Source: Octopus vulgaris (taxonomy: Eukaryota). Taken from it: 64,000 nt of DNA. A model generated the notes under the pieces. The model was not told the origin of the DNA. It saw only the letters and a list, made by a program, of their open reading frames with translations, and did not search any database. The DNA lies in contig OX597826.1 in NCBI GenBank assembly GCA_951406725.2, forward strand, positions 33,232,001 to 33,296,000, given 5' to 3'. Position numbers and translations under genes: made by a program. Position 1 is the first letter of the stretch, and each line of letters begins with the position of its first letter. Shown here in pieces: positions 12,146 to 24,607 of the stretch.

Positions 12146-12500
12146 AGACATATGCATATATATACAAACACACACACACACAACATCTGTTAAAACCTGC
12201 TGCACTTGTTTTGTCTTCTCTTTTACTTATTACCAGATACATGCACAGCTATATACAAGTGTGAGTGTGTGGTATGTGTGTGTGTGTGTGTGTAATTACG
12301 TATATATATGATAAATAATATGTTTGTGTTTGTATATGCAGTCATATGTAAGAATACCCATTATCTTGTAGATGAGTAAGTAAGAGCTAATTTATGGTTG
12401 ATTTCTGTGAGTCACTGCTCAGTTACACAATTCCAAGCATCAGGGAAGGCCTAGTTATATAGCTGTTGTTTGTATAAGCCCATTAAAATTGTTCATTTAA

Positions 12501-13658
12501 CACTAAAAGGACCGGAGCTGTCATCTACTTTTAAGGACCAGAATGCATCAATTGACACAAAGATGTTTTTCAATTTGAAAGGGGAAAAAGAGAAGGAAAA
12601 GGAGAAGAAGAAAGCCTTTATCAGATGTCGAAATCTATTGAATTTTATGACTTTTTGATGATATTAGTTGCAATAGCTTGTTATTTTGAAAGAAATTTAT
12701 CCTTGCAGTAAAAAAGAGAAATTTATTGAAATTGTAAACATTCTTCACAACGTTTTAGCACGTTTGCCGCACGGTGGTTTTTTACAGACTCCATACATTT
12801 CTGTTGTTCTGTTTTGGCATTTTGTTTTCACACGTACATCTGACTTTATTTCTAGAGGTAGACGTTTCCTCAATAGGGCATCTGAAAGTACATGTATGAC
12901 TGTGAGTTGAATCACCACAAAATTCTTCAGCAACTCTTTGGATATTTTCCTGTCAACTAATGACTGAGTTACAAAACACTTGTGGATATCACCCAACTGT
13001 TTATAAGAGCCACATCCAAAATATTTTTTAAAATTAGCTATCATCTGTTGCTTGCCTTGAGTGAATAAAGTCTTGCCATCTGGTCAAGCACGTCTACACC
13101 TACCTTATTTTTGTTATAAAAAAGTATGGTGTCAGACTTCTTGGGATTATTTTCAGAAGAAACTTCTACATGTTGATGTAAGGTTCTCAAAACAACAACA
13201 GGTTTTGATTTTTTGCACTGGTACGATGTAAGTGTGACAGTAGACTTCTCTGTGTATTTCAAAACTACAGTTTTATGAACTGGTTTTACCTGTTTTACTA
13301 CTTCTGGTAATTCCTGTCTGTTCTGGTGAATTGTTCCAACTAAACTGCAGTTTTGTCTCGGAAGTGATAAGGGCTGTGCAATTACTGAATATCTAAAACG
13401 TTGTCACATGTATTTATAAAAAAAAGCAGGTTCAAGTTTCAAAAGTTACCAATGCATCAATTGACTCATGTGGTCCTTATAGGCAGTACGTAGTTTATTA
13501 TTTTTTCTTTTACAATTGGTGTAAACAACCTATAATTTATAGTTTTATACCATAAAACTGTGGAAAGTCAAGAGCCATGATGGCAAAATTTTCAATAGTT
13601 TTTAAATTGTGTGCAATTAAAATTTCAAAACATGTCGATGCACTCAGACTCTCTAGTG
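12501..13658 (-). mobile_element. Internally deleted piggyBac transposon
   Basis: TTAA|CACTA...TAGTG|TTAA ends; transposase motif YNKNKVGVDVLDQMARLY and a decayed Cys-rich C-terminus (ORFs 13041-13262 and 12745-13044). Confidence 0.9.
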
Positions 13659-13865
13659 TTAATACTACAAAGAAGACTTGCAGGAAAATACTTTACAATT
13701 TTAGACATAGCTTCATCAGAACCTCGATTATGAAGTGCAATTTATTTTGGAAATAATTTATCCTTTTATAAAGAATGGCATCATAATGAGAAAAGTCAAT
13801 AAAAAGATGTATAAAAAAAAAGTGTGTTCAAAATGTATTTGGATGCATTAATGGAAATATACATG

Positions 13866-15528
13866 TCAGGTTGGTGCAAAAGTAAGGGCTGATTTTTTAG
13901 AAAACAGTTTTAGATAGTATTTCTTGAAATTGTACCTCTCACAATGTTTTAAGAGTGTCACAATTAGTAATTTATACATTTTTATTCAGATTCTGATTGT
14001 ATTAACCTTCTACTTTATTCACTCCCATGTTCATCCTGTCTAAAGATCACATTAGACATGTCTTACTCTATGAGTTTCATAAAGGTGTCAATGCAAGCAC
14101 AGCAGGAAAGTCTCTTTAGAGAGTTTATAGGGATGATAGAGCGAGTGAAAAATGATGTAGGAGATGGTTTTCTCACTTCAGAAGAGGGGAAGCTGTTGTC
14201 ACAGAAAATCCAACCACTACTTGTAGAGAACTTACAGAGCAGTTTAACATAGCCTATACAACTGTTCTATGCCAACTGAAAAGGATCGGAAACGTTTCAG
14301 TGGTTGGAAAATGGGTCCTGCATGAACTGTCCCCAGAGAATCTACAATAGCATGTTGTTTGTTGTGAGTCATTGCTTTCACAACACTTTAAGGGATCATT
14401 TTTAGGAATGTTTGTTATAGGTAGGTGATGCGAAGTAGATCCTTTACTATAATGCTAAACGCTGCTGTTCACAGATCAGTCGAGGAAGAAGACCAGTTCA
14501 ACAACCAGGAGGAGGACTTCATCCAAGGAAGATCATGTTGAGTGTATGGTGGGATGCTGAGGGAATTGTCCATTACGAACTGTTAGACAACAATCAAAAA
14601 TGATTACTGCTAATCTCTACTGTGATTGACTCCATCATTTGAAAGCAGCTTTAAACAGAAAGTGACCCTGCTTAGTCAACAGAAAGAGCATCATCTTCCA
14701 CCATGATAACACTCGTCCTCACACAGCTCGATTGACCAAAGGTCTCTTGGAAGAGCTTGGTTGAGAAATATTGCTTCATCCTCCATATTCTCCTGACCTT
14801 GCTCCTTCTGATTATCACTTGTTTCGGGGATTAGAGAACCATTTGAATGGTGTTCAGTTGACATCAAGGGAAGAGTTTGAAAATAAGTTGGATTCATATT
14901 TTGCATCAAAACCTAAGCAATTTTACAAGCATGGCATTTATAATCTTGTTATCAGATGGAATGAAGTTCTAGAAACCAATGGAAATTACATTAACGAATA
15001 AATATTGTCTTAATATCTAAAATGTCTTAATGATGAACTTTTTCATTTTTAGTAGAGACCTTTTTAGTCGAACCAATTCTACTATATGGCTCAGAAACCT
15101 GGACGTTATCAAAGAAGTTTGAGAGGCAGTTGGATGGAACCTACACTCGCCTCCTTATGAGAGCTCAAAATCTCTCGTGGAAGTGCCATCCAACCAAAAT
15201 GCAAATATATGGGAAACTACCACGTGTGTAATCTCTTGTGAAAGGTAGGAGAGTCCAGTTTGCTGGACATTGTTGTAGAGCTGAAAAAGAAGTAATTTCT
15301 ACTCTTCTCCTCTGGAAGCCATCTACTCGCAATACCAGAGGGCACACACTCTCCTACCCTGATGTAATCTCCAGGGATACAGGCATCCAGCAACAGGACC
15401 TCCGTAATGCCATGATGGACCGTGAAGTCTGGCGTAGCATGGTAAATTCCATTGTCTCGACCACGGTCGAACAATGATGATGATGATGAGAGACCTTAAA
15501 ATAGGCCATTACTTTTGCACCAACCTGG
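13866..15528 (+). mobile_element. Decayed mariner (DD34D) with both TIRs, resembling Hsmar1/cecropia subfamily
   Basis: TIR CAGGTTGGTGCAAAAGTAA at both ends; motifs GKWVLHEL, IMLSVWWD, FHHDNTRPH and HPPYSPDLAPSDYHLF. Confidence 0.92.
15063..15488 (+). mobile_element. 5'-truncated RTE-clade LINE (second family) inserted in the mariner
   Basis: LVEPILLYGSETWTL...RRVQFAGHC...MMDREVWR, a (TGA)n tail, and a 9-bp TSD AGAGACCTT at 15054-15062 and 15489-15497. Confidence 0.9.
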
Positions 15529-15564
15529 TACATACATACATACATACATATATACATAGATACA

Positions 15565-15597
<33 letters not shown>

Positions 15598-16554
15598 GAG
15601 TTTAGAGGGATATATTATCTGGGCAGATACCGTGGTGACTCTCAGTTATCCTCCAGGTAATGGCTAACCACATCGATAAGTATTTACCATCTATGGCTTG
15701 TAGGAATTGTCACTCACATTGTGTAAATTCCTTTGATACATAATTCTGTGTTCACTTCACTGGATGGTAATATTATCAGGAGCGTATATTTGCAATAATT
15801 ATAATGAGAGAGAATAGGAAGACTGATATATCCTCAAAATATATTTCATTTTATTTTTCAGTATATCATACACCATACTTTTATGGTGATGGCAATCATG
15901 AAAATATGCTTTGTGACATTGTAAAATAAAAGCAAATAAATTTTAGAGGATGTACCAGTTTCCATATTTTCTATCTTTATAATTACTGCATATATATGTT
16001 AAATAAAATGAGATAACACAGCCAAGGCTGTGTGGAATCTTCGGGACATTTATAAAGAGAAAGTTAGACTTACAGCTGTTTCTGGGATATTCAACTGAGA
16101 CGATGTGAGATGATTAAATAGAGGTAAATAGTAGAGTTCAATATAAAGAGTTATGTGGAAAAGGAAGGAAATAAGGAGTATATAGGGAAATAGGAGAATG
16201 AAAGTAAAAATAAGAATAAATATATAAAAAGATGTTATAGCTGCAGTTCCATTATCCAAGGAAAGTGTTGTGTAGAATGGGTAGAAAGGCTTCTTGTCTG
16301 TGGTATGAAAATTCCAATAGCAGTTCGTATATTGTCATTACGAATGGAAAGTATGGAGACATACGTTCCATGCGCTGTTCATTGAAAGGGGTCTTGGTTT
16401 TGCTGTCGCATTTTATTTAACATATACATGCTCACACAAGACCCCACATTAGACTCCTCACTTGTATCATTATCGAACTGAGAGTTTAGCTACAGTCCTT
16501 CCATAGCACTTACATAGCATTGCCTGCCACCTTGGGTCTTCTGGAAACCAATAG

Positions 16555-16593
<39 letters not shown>

Positions 16594-17063
16594 GTATTGG
16601 TAACACTAGGGTTGGTGATTGCCAATAACATGCTAGGAAAAATAGGAAGTTTATACAGTATTGCATGATGGAATTTTTTGAGCCCCTAATTTTATGGGGA
16701 AATAGGGATAGGGTACTAGCATATTTAAGTGGGTTCAGTGAGTGAATGTGCAATGGAATGTGGGTGCAGGTGATTCCTGAAAATCTGAGCTTTTAATGAT
16801 TGTTGGGTATGAAAGATAATTATTTCATGTGAGTGTTGAAGGGTGTAGGAGGATGGGGGAATTTCCTTTAATCCTGTTAGTGGAAATATGTTCATTCATG
16901 ACCATAAAGGAATTGACCTTTTGGAATCTATTGTTTAATAAAGTAAGGAGAATCAATTAGACACATGTTAATAATAGTACATACATACATGTATACATAT
17001 TTTGATTCCATTCATACATTCATGCATGCCTATGTACATATATAAAATTATGTGTGTATATAT

Positions 17064-17160
<97 letters not shown>

Positions 17161-17193
17161 TATATACATATATATATACATACATATATATAA

Positions 17194-18862
17194 CTAGCAG
17201 TATCGCCCGGCGTTGCTCGGGTTTGTAAGGGAAATAACTATATAAGCATTTTTAGAGAGTTATAGCAAAAAAACAGCAAAAAAATGCATTAAAAATGGAA
17301 TAAAAAATTATGGTAATTTTTTTTTTTAAATCGTTGATTCATCGTAGACGTTTTTAGAGAGTTACTTCCCTTATATAATAGCGAAAAAATGCATTAAAAT
17401 GGAAAAAATGATGGTAAATTTTTTTTAAAACCGTAGACTCATCGTAGACGCGTGCTAATACCCAGAAGGGCTCGATATGAATCACGACTATAAGATACCC
17501 GGTTTTGGTTAAACTGCACCGCAAAATGTGGGAGTAGTTAGTAATTTAAATCGTAGGAGACAGACACACAACTTCACTTTTATATATAAAGATTTGTGCA
17601 ACAACTAAAACATTTGGTTGTGCAAATTGTTTGCATAGGAAACCTGCCCTGTGTGGCGGTTTTTGACGTTTTTGTGGATCTGTTTCAGCTTTTTTAGCGA
17701 TTTCTGTTTTGGCGACTTCAAGCCATGAAGTCGTTGTTCTAAAAGAACGCTGGTCTCCTTGACAACGCTTTACGACGTTGATTTCCCTACCCTGCCTTCC
17801 CCACAGCTTCACGAGGGAGGGAAGAAGGGGAGGAGCTACACAGGTGCAGGTGCGAGCATGAACGGCAACGCCGCCACCGACACACGAAAAAATTGGAAGA
17901 ACCCAGACGACAGCTTCAGCCACCACCACCACCACCACCACCACGACCAACACCATCACCACTACCACCATGACCACCAACACCACTACACCCATGACCA
18001 TGACCACCACCATCACGAAGACCACCACGACCACCAACACGACCACCATCATCCCCACGACCACCACCACCACCATCATCACCACCCCCACCACGACGAC
18101 GACCACCACCACCAACAACAACAACAACACCACCACCACCACCACAAACACGACGACCACCAAGACCACGACCACCATCACCACTACCAGCACCACCGCT
18201 GCCACTACCACCGCCTCCACCACCACCATACTATGCCTCTGCTCTCTCCTTTTGGCTACTAAATCCATTACCATATTTCACAAGTACCATCGCCATACAA
18301 TATTGCCTTCAAAAGTTTGTGTTTGGATAATATTTTTTAAGTAAAAGTTGTGCAACAACTATAACATTCGGTTGTGCAAATTATTTGCACGGGAAACCTT
18401 CCCTGTGTGGTGTGTTTCCCGATTTTATAGAATTTGCTTTCGGGGTTTCTTAGCCATTTCTGTTTTGGTGTCTTCAAGCCATGAAGTCGTTGTTCTAAAA
18501 GAATGCTGGTCTCCTTGACAACGTTTTACGACGTTGATTTCCTTACACTCCCTTCCTCACAGCTTCACGAGGGAGGGAAGAAGGGGAGAAGCAACACAGG
18601 TGCAGGTGAGAGCATGGACGCCAACTCCGCCGCCTTCCCTTTATTTTAAAAATATGCGTTAAAATGGAAAAAAATTATGGTAAATTATTTTTAAAATCGT
18701 AGACTCATCGTAGACGCGTGCTAATACTCAGACGGGCTCGATATGAATCACGACTATAAGATACCCGAATTTGGTGAAACTGCACCGCAAAATGTGGGAG
18801 TAGTTAGGAATCTAAATCGTAGGAGACAGACACTCACACAACTTCACTTTTATATATATAGA
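17194..18862 (-). mobile_element. Composite non-autonomous Helitron-like element
   Basis: Minus-strand 3' end CTAG|T preceded by a GC hairpin (CCCGGCGTTGCTCGGG on +); A|TC 5' ends at 17592 and 18862; internal duplications. Confidence 0.75.
17920..18230. repeat. Degenerate (CAC/CAT/GAC)n tract
   Basis: Visible directly; produces the His, Thr and Val homopolymer ORFs. Confidence 0.9.
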
Positions 18863-18863
18863 T

Positions 18864-18928
<65 letters not shown>

Positions 18929-19636
18929 TGTAAAACATTTACATATATGTGTGTCTTTTTATGTGTATATTGTATACACATATACACACCGGACGTTAAA
19001 TGATGATGATGATATATATTTATTTATTTATTTATATATATATAACCACACAGTTATATCCACATTTGATTGGCACTCGTAAGTTAAAGACGATTAAATA
19101 TTAAATATCATCCAAATAAAGGTTTTCATAAATCGCTCTTTTGCTTGAATCTGCACATCAGCAGATTGAAGAAATTTATTAACAACAGTTAAAATATGTT
19201 TGTCACACTGTCAGGTGATCATCAGTGATTTTGACATCAATGCCTTTACATCGTGCATGTCGTAGGTTTCTTTTAAAATTTGCTGTTTGAAATTATCAGA
19301 ATATATTTAAAAGAAGACGATAAAGCATGCAGTTGATGAAATACTGAGCTCTTCTCTGTAAAACTTAGATAACTAGATAAAAGTATTGCGTACCATAGTG
19401 ATATTACCAAGAATAAAATTCTGCCAAACTGCCAGGGACTTACAGAGCATCTTCAAATGTTTTCTTTAACATGAACAAAAGAGCTCGTTCATTCCATAAC
19501 AATCACCTGTTGAATACCATATGAGTTTTAGAATATATTCTTGAGATCAAGACGTAACAGTTAGCTGAGACGCTATAATTATATTAATTAATATGGGTGA
19601 TAATATTTAAGGCAACAGAGTATATATATATATATC

Positions 19637-19785
19637 CAGGCGAAGTGCTTAGTGGTATTTCGTCTGTCTTTACATTCTGAGTTCAAATTCCACCAAGGTC
19701 GACTTTGCTTTTCATACTTATGAGGTTGATAAATTAAATACCAGTTGTATACTGGGGTCAATCTAATCGACTGGCTCCCACCCCC
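19637..19785 (+). mobile_element. SINE family B
   Basis: TTCTGAGTTCAAATTCC...GTCGACTTTGC.TTTCAT...TACCAGTTG...CTGGGGTC; multicopy in the window. Confidence 0.8.
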
Positions 19786-19792
19786 ATATATA

Positions 19793-20150
19793 TGGCTATG
19801 TGATAAGAAGCTTGCTTCCCAGTGATATGGTTCTAGGTTCAGTCCCATTGTGCAGCACCTTGGTAGAAACTGAAAAAAGCCTGTCGTATATATGCACATA
19901 TATATTTGTGTATTTGTGTGTCTGTCTGTCTTTGTGTCAGTGTTTGTCCCCCACGACCTCTCGACAACCAGTGTTGCTATGTTTGCATCCCCATAACTTA
20001 GCAGTTCAGCAAAGGAAACCAATGGAATGAATGCCAGGCTTGTGAAAAGTAAATACTGGGGTTGATACAATTGACTAAAAATTCTTGAAGGTGGTGCCCC
20101 AGCATGGCCACAGTCTAATGAATGAAACAAGTAAAAAGTAAAAGATAAAG
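19793..20150 (+). mobile_element. SINE family A with an internal deletion
   Basis: Head, middle and AAACAAGTAAAA tail are present. Confidence 0.8.
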
Positions 20151-20207
20151 AATAAATACACACAAACACACACACATGCATAAAGATTATTTATCTTTAT
20201 GTATATA

Positions 20208-20240
<33 letters not shown>

Positions 20241-20252
20241 GTGTATATTAAT

Positions 20253-20478
20253 TCTTTATTGCCCACAAGGGGCTAAACATAGAGGGGAGAAACAAGGACA
20301 GACAAAGGGACTAAGTCGATTATATCGACCCCAGTGCATAACTGGTACGTATTTAATCGACCCGGAAAGGATGAAAGGCAAAGTCGACCCCAGCGGAATT
20401 TGAGCTCAGAACATAGCGGCAGACGAAATACTGTTAAGCATTTCACCTGGCATGCTAATGATTTTGCCAATTTGCCAC
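20253..20478 (-). mobile_element. SINE family B, alternative-tail subfamily
   Basis: Family B body; tail shared with 31312-31540. Confidence 0.85.
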
Positions 20479-20554
20479 ATATATATATATATTCAAAATG
20501 TGACTGCATGTGTACCGTTGGCGATTTTTTTTCCTCTGTCTTTCCTTTTCCTAT

Positions 20555-20589
20555 GTTTCTGATGAAGAACTCCGCTCTAAACATTAAAC
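20555..20589 (+). ncRNA. Degenerate, probably inactive minimal hammerhead motif within a microsatellite-flanked insert (about 20492-20690)
   Basis: GTTT-CTGATGA-a-GAAC-tcc-GCTC-TAAA-CA-TT-AAAC; G12 is changed to T and stem II has one mismatch. Confidence 0.5.
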
Positions 20590-20687
20590 CCTCCTTCTGT
20601 CCTTCTTTCCGGAGCGTCCAATAACACTATACTTGTTCCACATCCTCGCATTGTTGTGTTTTCTCTTTGTGCTTTCATGTTTGAATT

Positions 20688-20789
<102 letters not shown>

Positions 20790-20959
20790 ATGTATGGTTC
20801 TACACTCAACTCAATTGTGCTAGTGATGCTTAGGCTTCTGAGAAACACAGGAAGATCAAATACAGAAGTATGTGATTAAGAAGTGAACTTGTCCTCCACA
20901 GCTCTTAAACACAACCCCCCTATGCTCACATTTATGTGTGTGTATGAGACTGTATCACT

Positions 20960-21216
20960 ATACAGACCAGACTATGAGATGTCAAACAATGCTGATCACA
21001 ATGTGCTTTGCTGTGTTTTAACTTTCGAACAATGGCACGCCACTTGCTAAGTGGGGAGGCCTGTCCAGCACAGAGTTACCTGTTTTACAGCTGACTGAAG
21101 TGGTACAACATCAAATGAAGTGTTTTGCTCAAGAACACAGCACACTACTGGTGTGGAAATTGAAACTGTGATCTAATGATCAGGAGTGCAATACCTTAAC
21201 CTCAAGGCTATGCACC
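20960..21216 (-). mobile_element. Old tRNA-derived CORE-like SINE
   Basis: TGAAGTGTTTTGCTCAAGAACACAGC resembles a reversed CORE domain, followed by a decayed reversed tRNA head. Confidence 0.6.
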
Positions 21217-22624
21217 TTCACACACACATATGTGCATGCACATATATGCTTTTTTGTACATCAAAAACATAGAAAGAATGTACTTACATTCTAAATATTT
21301 TTCTCACAGCAGGGCTTTCAAATATCAAAACCTATTTGTGATATAGTACTTCTGGTTCATGCTATATTGCACACAAAATACATATAGTTTACTTAAAGAC
21401 AATCCATCAAAAGTACCGATACACCAATGAAGCTATTCACCAACAGGACACCTTGATTAAGATCACCTTATACATCAGCTGAACCTTCTGTGTTACAGAT
21501 AAGGAGGAACAAAACCAGGTTTGTCTACTCTGAGGAGTAACGAACAAATTGTGAAATGGACTATTAGGAAACCCTGCATTCTTTATCCCACACATCGAAA
21601 AGCACGAAAACACACCTGTTTACATTCTAACTATTTTTCTCACCACTAGGCTTTAATATTTTAACTTCTTTCATTCAGATTCATGTTGTATTGTGCATAA
21701 GATATATTTTGCAGTCTCTAAATGATATGAATAATAATATACAATGCTTACATTTATTTAATATGTGCTATAGATATTTTTCAGTCAGAAGAGCTTAGAA
21801 AATAATGCAGCGAAATCTGAATGTAAACCTAGTCTCACTGCATCTTGCATCCTTCATTTATAATAATATTTCAAACACCAAAATACTTTAGTGCCACACA
21901 GGCTCAAAGCTATGCCGATTTTCTGGAGATTGATATCCAGGAATTGATTTATCTTACTTGTCTTTGTTCTTCCTACCTATTAGTTATGATATATTGTCTA
22001 TTGGTGTCGAAGTGAGAAACTTTTTGTAGTGTTTGTGGTGACCTGTTCTATTTATGCTTACGTCTGCTGGCACAAAATGGTAAATCTATAGTAGTATATA
22101 AATATTCCATGAATTCTCTACTCGCCTAGCAATGGGAATTCTTAAAGTGATGTTCAATGAAAATCCGAGTCGATGCCGAAAAAAAAGAGGCTGAGAAATC
22201 CTTTCTTAGCCAATATCTTTCTTAATGCATTTTATTATCTCTTAACAAAGATATTTACTGGAAAATATGCTTTGAATTATTCCGAAAAATCTATCTGTCT
22301 TTCTCTTGGTCTACCTGTCTGTCTGCCTGTCTGTCTAACAATATTACCTGTTTGTCTTCCATCTCTCACTTTTTCTCTCACTCCCTTAGGTATATTTATA
22401 TACGTATGTATACATATATATAATATAATGTAATGTAATGTACGTATATATAATATACACACTCACACGCATGCATACACAGAGAGAGAGAGAGAGAGAG
22501 AGTGAGTGAGTGAAAAGGAGAGAGAGAGAAAGAAATAGGGACAGAGCTATTTATTGCATTTTCCTTTTCTCTGTCCATCCTTCATTCACTCTCACAGTTA
22601 CTCTCTTTTGTCCCTCTCTCTCCT

Positions 22625-22657
<33 letters not shown>

Positions 22658-22843
22658 GCATGTGTGTGTGTCTTTCTGTCTGGCTACTTACATATATGTG
22701 TATATGTGTTTGCATGCATGTGTATGAGTGTTCATCTACATACATACATACATGTACGTATGTATGTATGTATGTATGTATGTATGTATGTATGTATGTT
22801 TATATGTATGTATGTATCTATCTATCTCCCTATCTATCTATCC

Positions 22844-22899
<56 letters not shown>

Positions 22900-23774
22900 G
22901 TCTGTCTATCTCTCCTCCTATCCTTAATTTATTTAGCCATCTCTCAGCCTAGAATATCTCTTCTCTCTCATCTCTCTCTCTCCCTCTCTCAGTGTTCAAA
23001 AAGTAGTTTCCTCATAGATCGAACCAATTTTCTCAATTGATATGAAAACCAATAGACTGTCTTTTCTATTTAGCCAGCAGTGCTTCTTATGATTGCGATT
23101 GGTTTCAATCAGATATGAACAACAACACGCTGGCAAAGAGGCCATACATCATAATTTCATACAGCATTTACGAGGAGTACATTATCACTATTACCACCAA
23201 CACCGTCGTTGCCTTCTTCACCAAGCATCATCACCACCATCATCACTACCATAAACCTCATCATTGGATCTATTTTTATTATCACGATATCATCATCATT
23301 TAGACTATTTTCTGCTGTTAGCATCAGTTAGTGATATGTTGGTCTTCCAAGTAAATAATTAGCTGAGATAAGCAGTAGACTTTCATCCTACGCTGGCTTA
23401 GCCCACAAAATCTTGGCCTTTTCAGTAGATGTTCACTCTTTCCCTAGCTTAATCAACAAACGGTTCTCCTCTCCACTTCTAGTTTATGGGTAAGGTTTTT
23501 GCCTGGATCGCTTATGAGTGAATTCCCTTCTTATCATCAAGAAATATGAATATGTTGGTCCAATGTATTTTGTATCAAAGAGGGAAAAAATATCTGTTTT
23601 ATGTCTTTCAAGAGGTAAGTTACTGTCTGGTATGATAAATCATTATTGGGGAGAGAAAGTTAATGAAAAAGATAGTATCATAAAATACTGGTGTGTTTAA
23701 CATTTACAATGTCCATTCACATGTGGAACGGCACCAGTTTTAATATTTGGTTTAAGGAAAAAATCCCACTCAAA

Positions 23775-24213
23775 GTGAGTTGTGCTTTTTATGTGCCACC
23801 AGCACAGGTGCCAGAGTGGCTGGCATCGACCATGATCGGATGGTGCTTTTTATATGCCACTGGCAAGGAAGCCAGTCAAAGTGGCTCTGGCATCAGCCAT
23901 GCTCAGATGGTGCTTTTTACGTGCTACTGGCATGGAGCTCACAACTACAATTTCCATTTAATTTGATTTTGATATTGCTGATGTTGATGTAGTTGATTCA
24001 ATAGGTCTCCTCAACCACAGCATGTCACCCTACAATCCAAGGGCTGGTTATGCAACACTGGTGCAGGTTACAGCTGTAGACTCACTTTATTTGCTATGTC
24101 TTCTCAGTCACAGCATACTCCAAGAGGTCTCGGTTTTTGTCATTGCCTCTTTGAGGCCCAATGTTCGAAGGTCGTGCTTCATCACCTCATCCCATGTCTT
24201 CCTGGCTCTCCCT
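23775..24213 (-). mobile_element. Diverged RTE LINE fragment (ORF C-terminus plus 3' UTR repeats)
   Basis: Homologous to about 42765-43270; minus strand encodes RARKTWDEVMKHDL. Confidence 0.8.
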
Positions 24214-24214
24214 C

Positions 24215-24255
<41 letters not shown>

Positions 24256-24497
24256 TATGTATGTAAATATAGAATAGGGTAGGGAATGGAAAAGGTAAAT
24301 CCAGACTAGAAATAGGTCCAATCCAATCTGAACATGTCTTATGTAACTCGCAAGACAAATAATAAAGATTGTCTTTTCTTCTGGCCTAATTACCTGTGGT
24401 TGTCCTTAGTTTCAAAGAGAGAAGTAAATATAATTTACCAATTCAGCCCCACAGAAGAATGGTAGGTGGAAACAGCTAGATCAAAGAACCAATGAAA

Positions 24498-24553
<56 letters not shown>

Positions 24554-24570
24554 TTATGTATATGAAATTC

Positions 24571-24607
<37 letters not shown>

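Noticed and set aside
17546-18344. Long His-, Thr- and Val-rich ORFs (up to 242 aa)
   Set aside because: They are translations of a CAC-type microsatellite that is open in several frames, inside a Helitron-like repeat.
19438-19515. Possible minus-strand exon (CAG acceptor, GTAAG donor)
   Set aside because: All three frames contain stops; a non-coding exon cannot be supported without transcript data.
24445-24485. CAGAAGA...GAAACAGCTAG hammerhead-like words
   Set aside because: The core is mutated and there is no convincing stem I or stem II.
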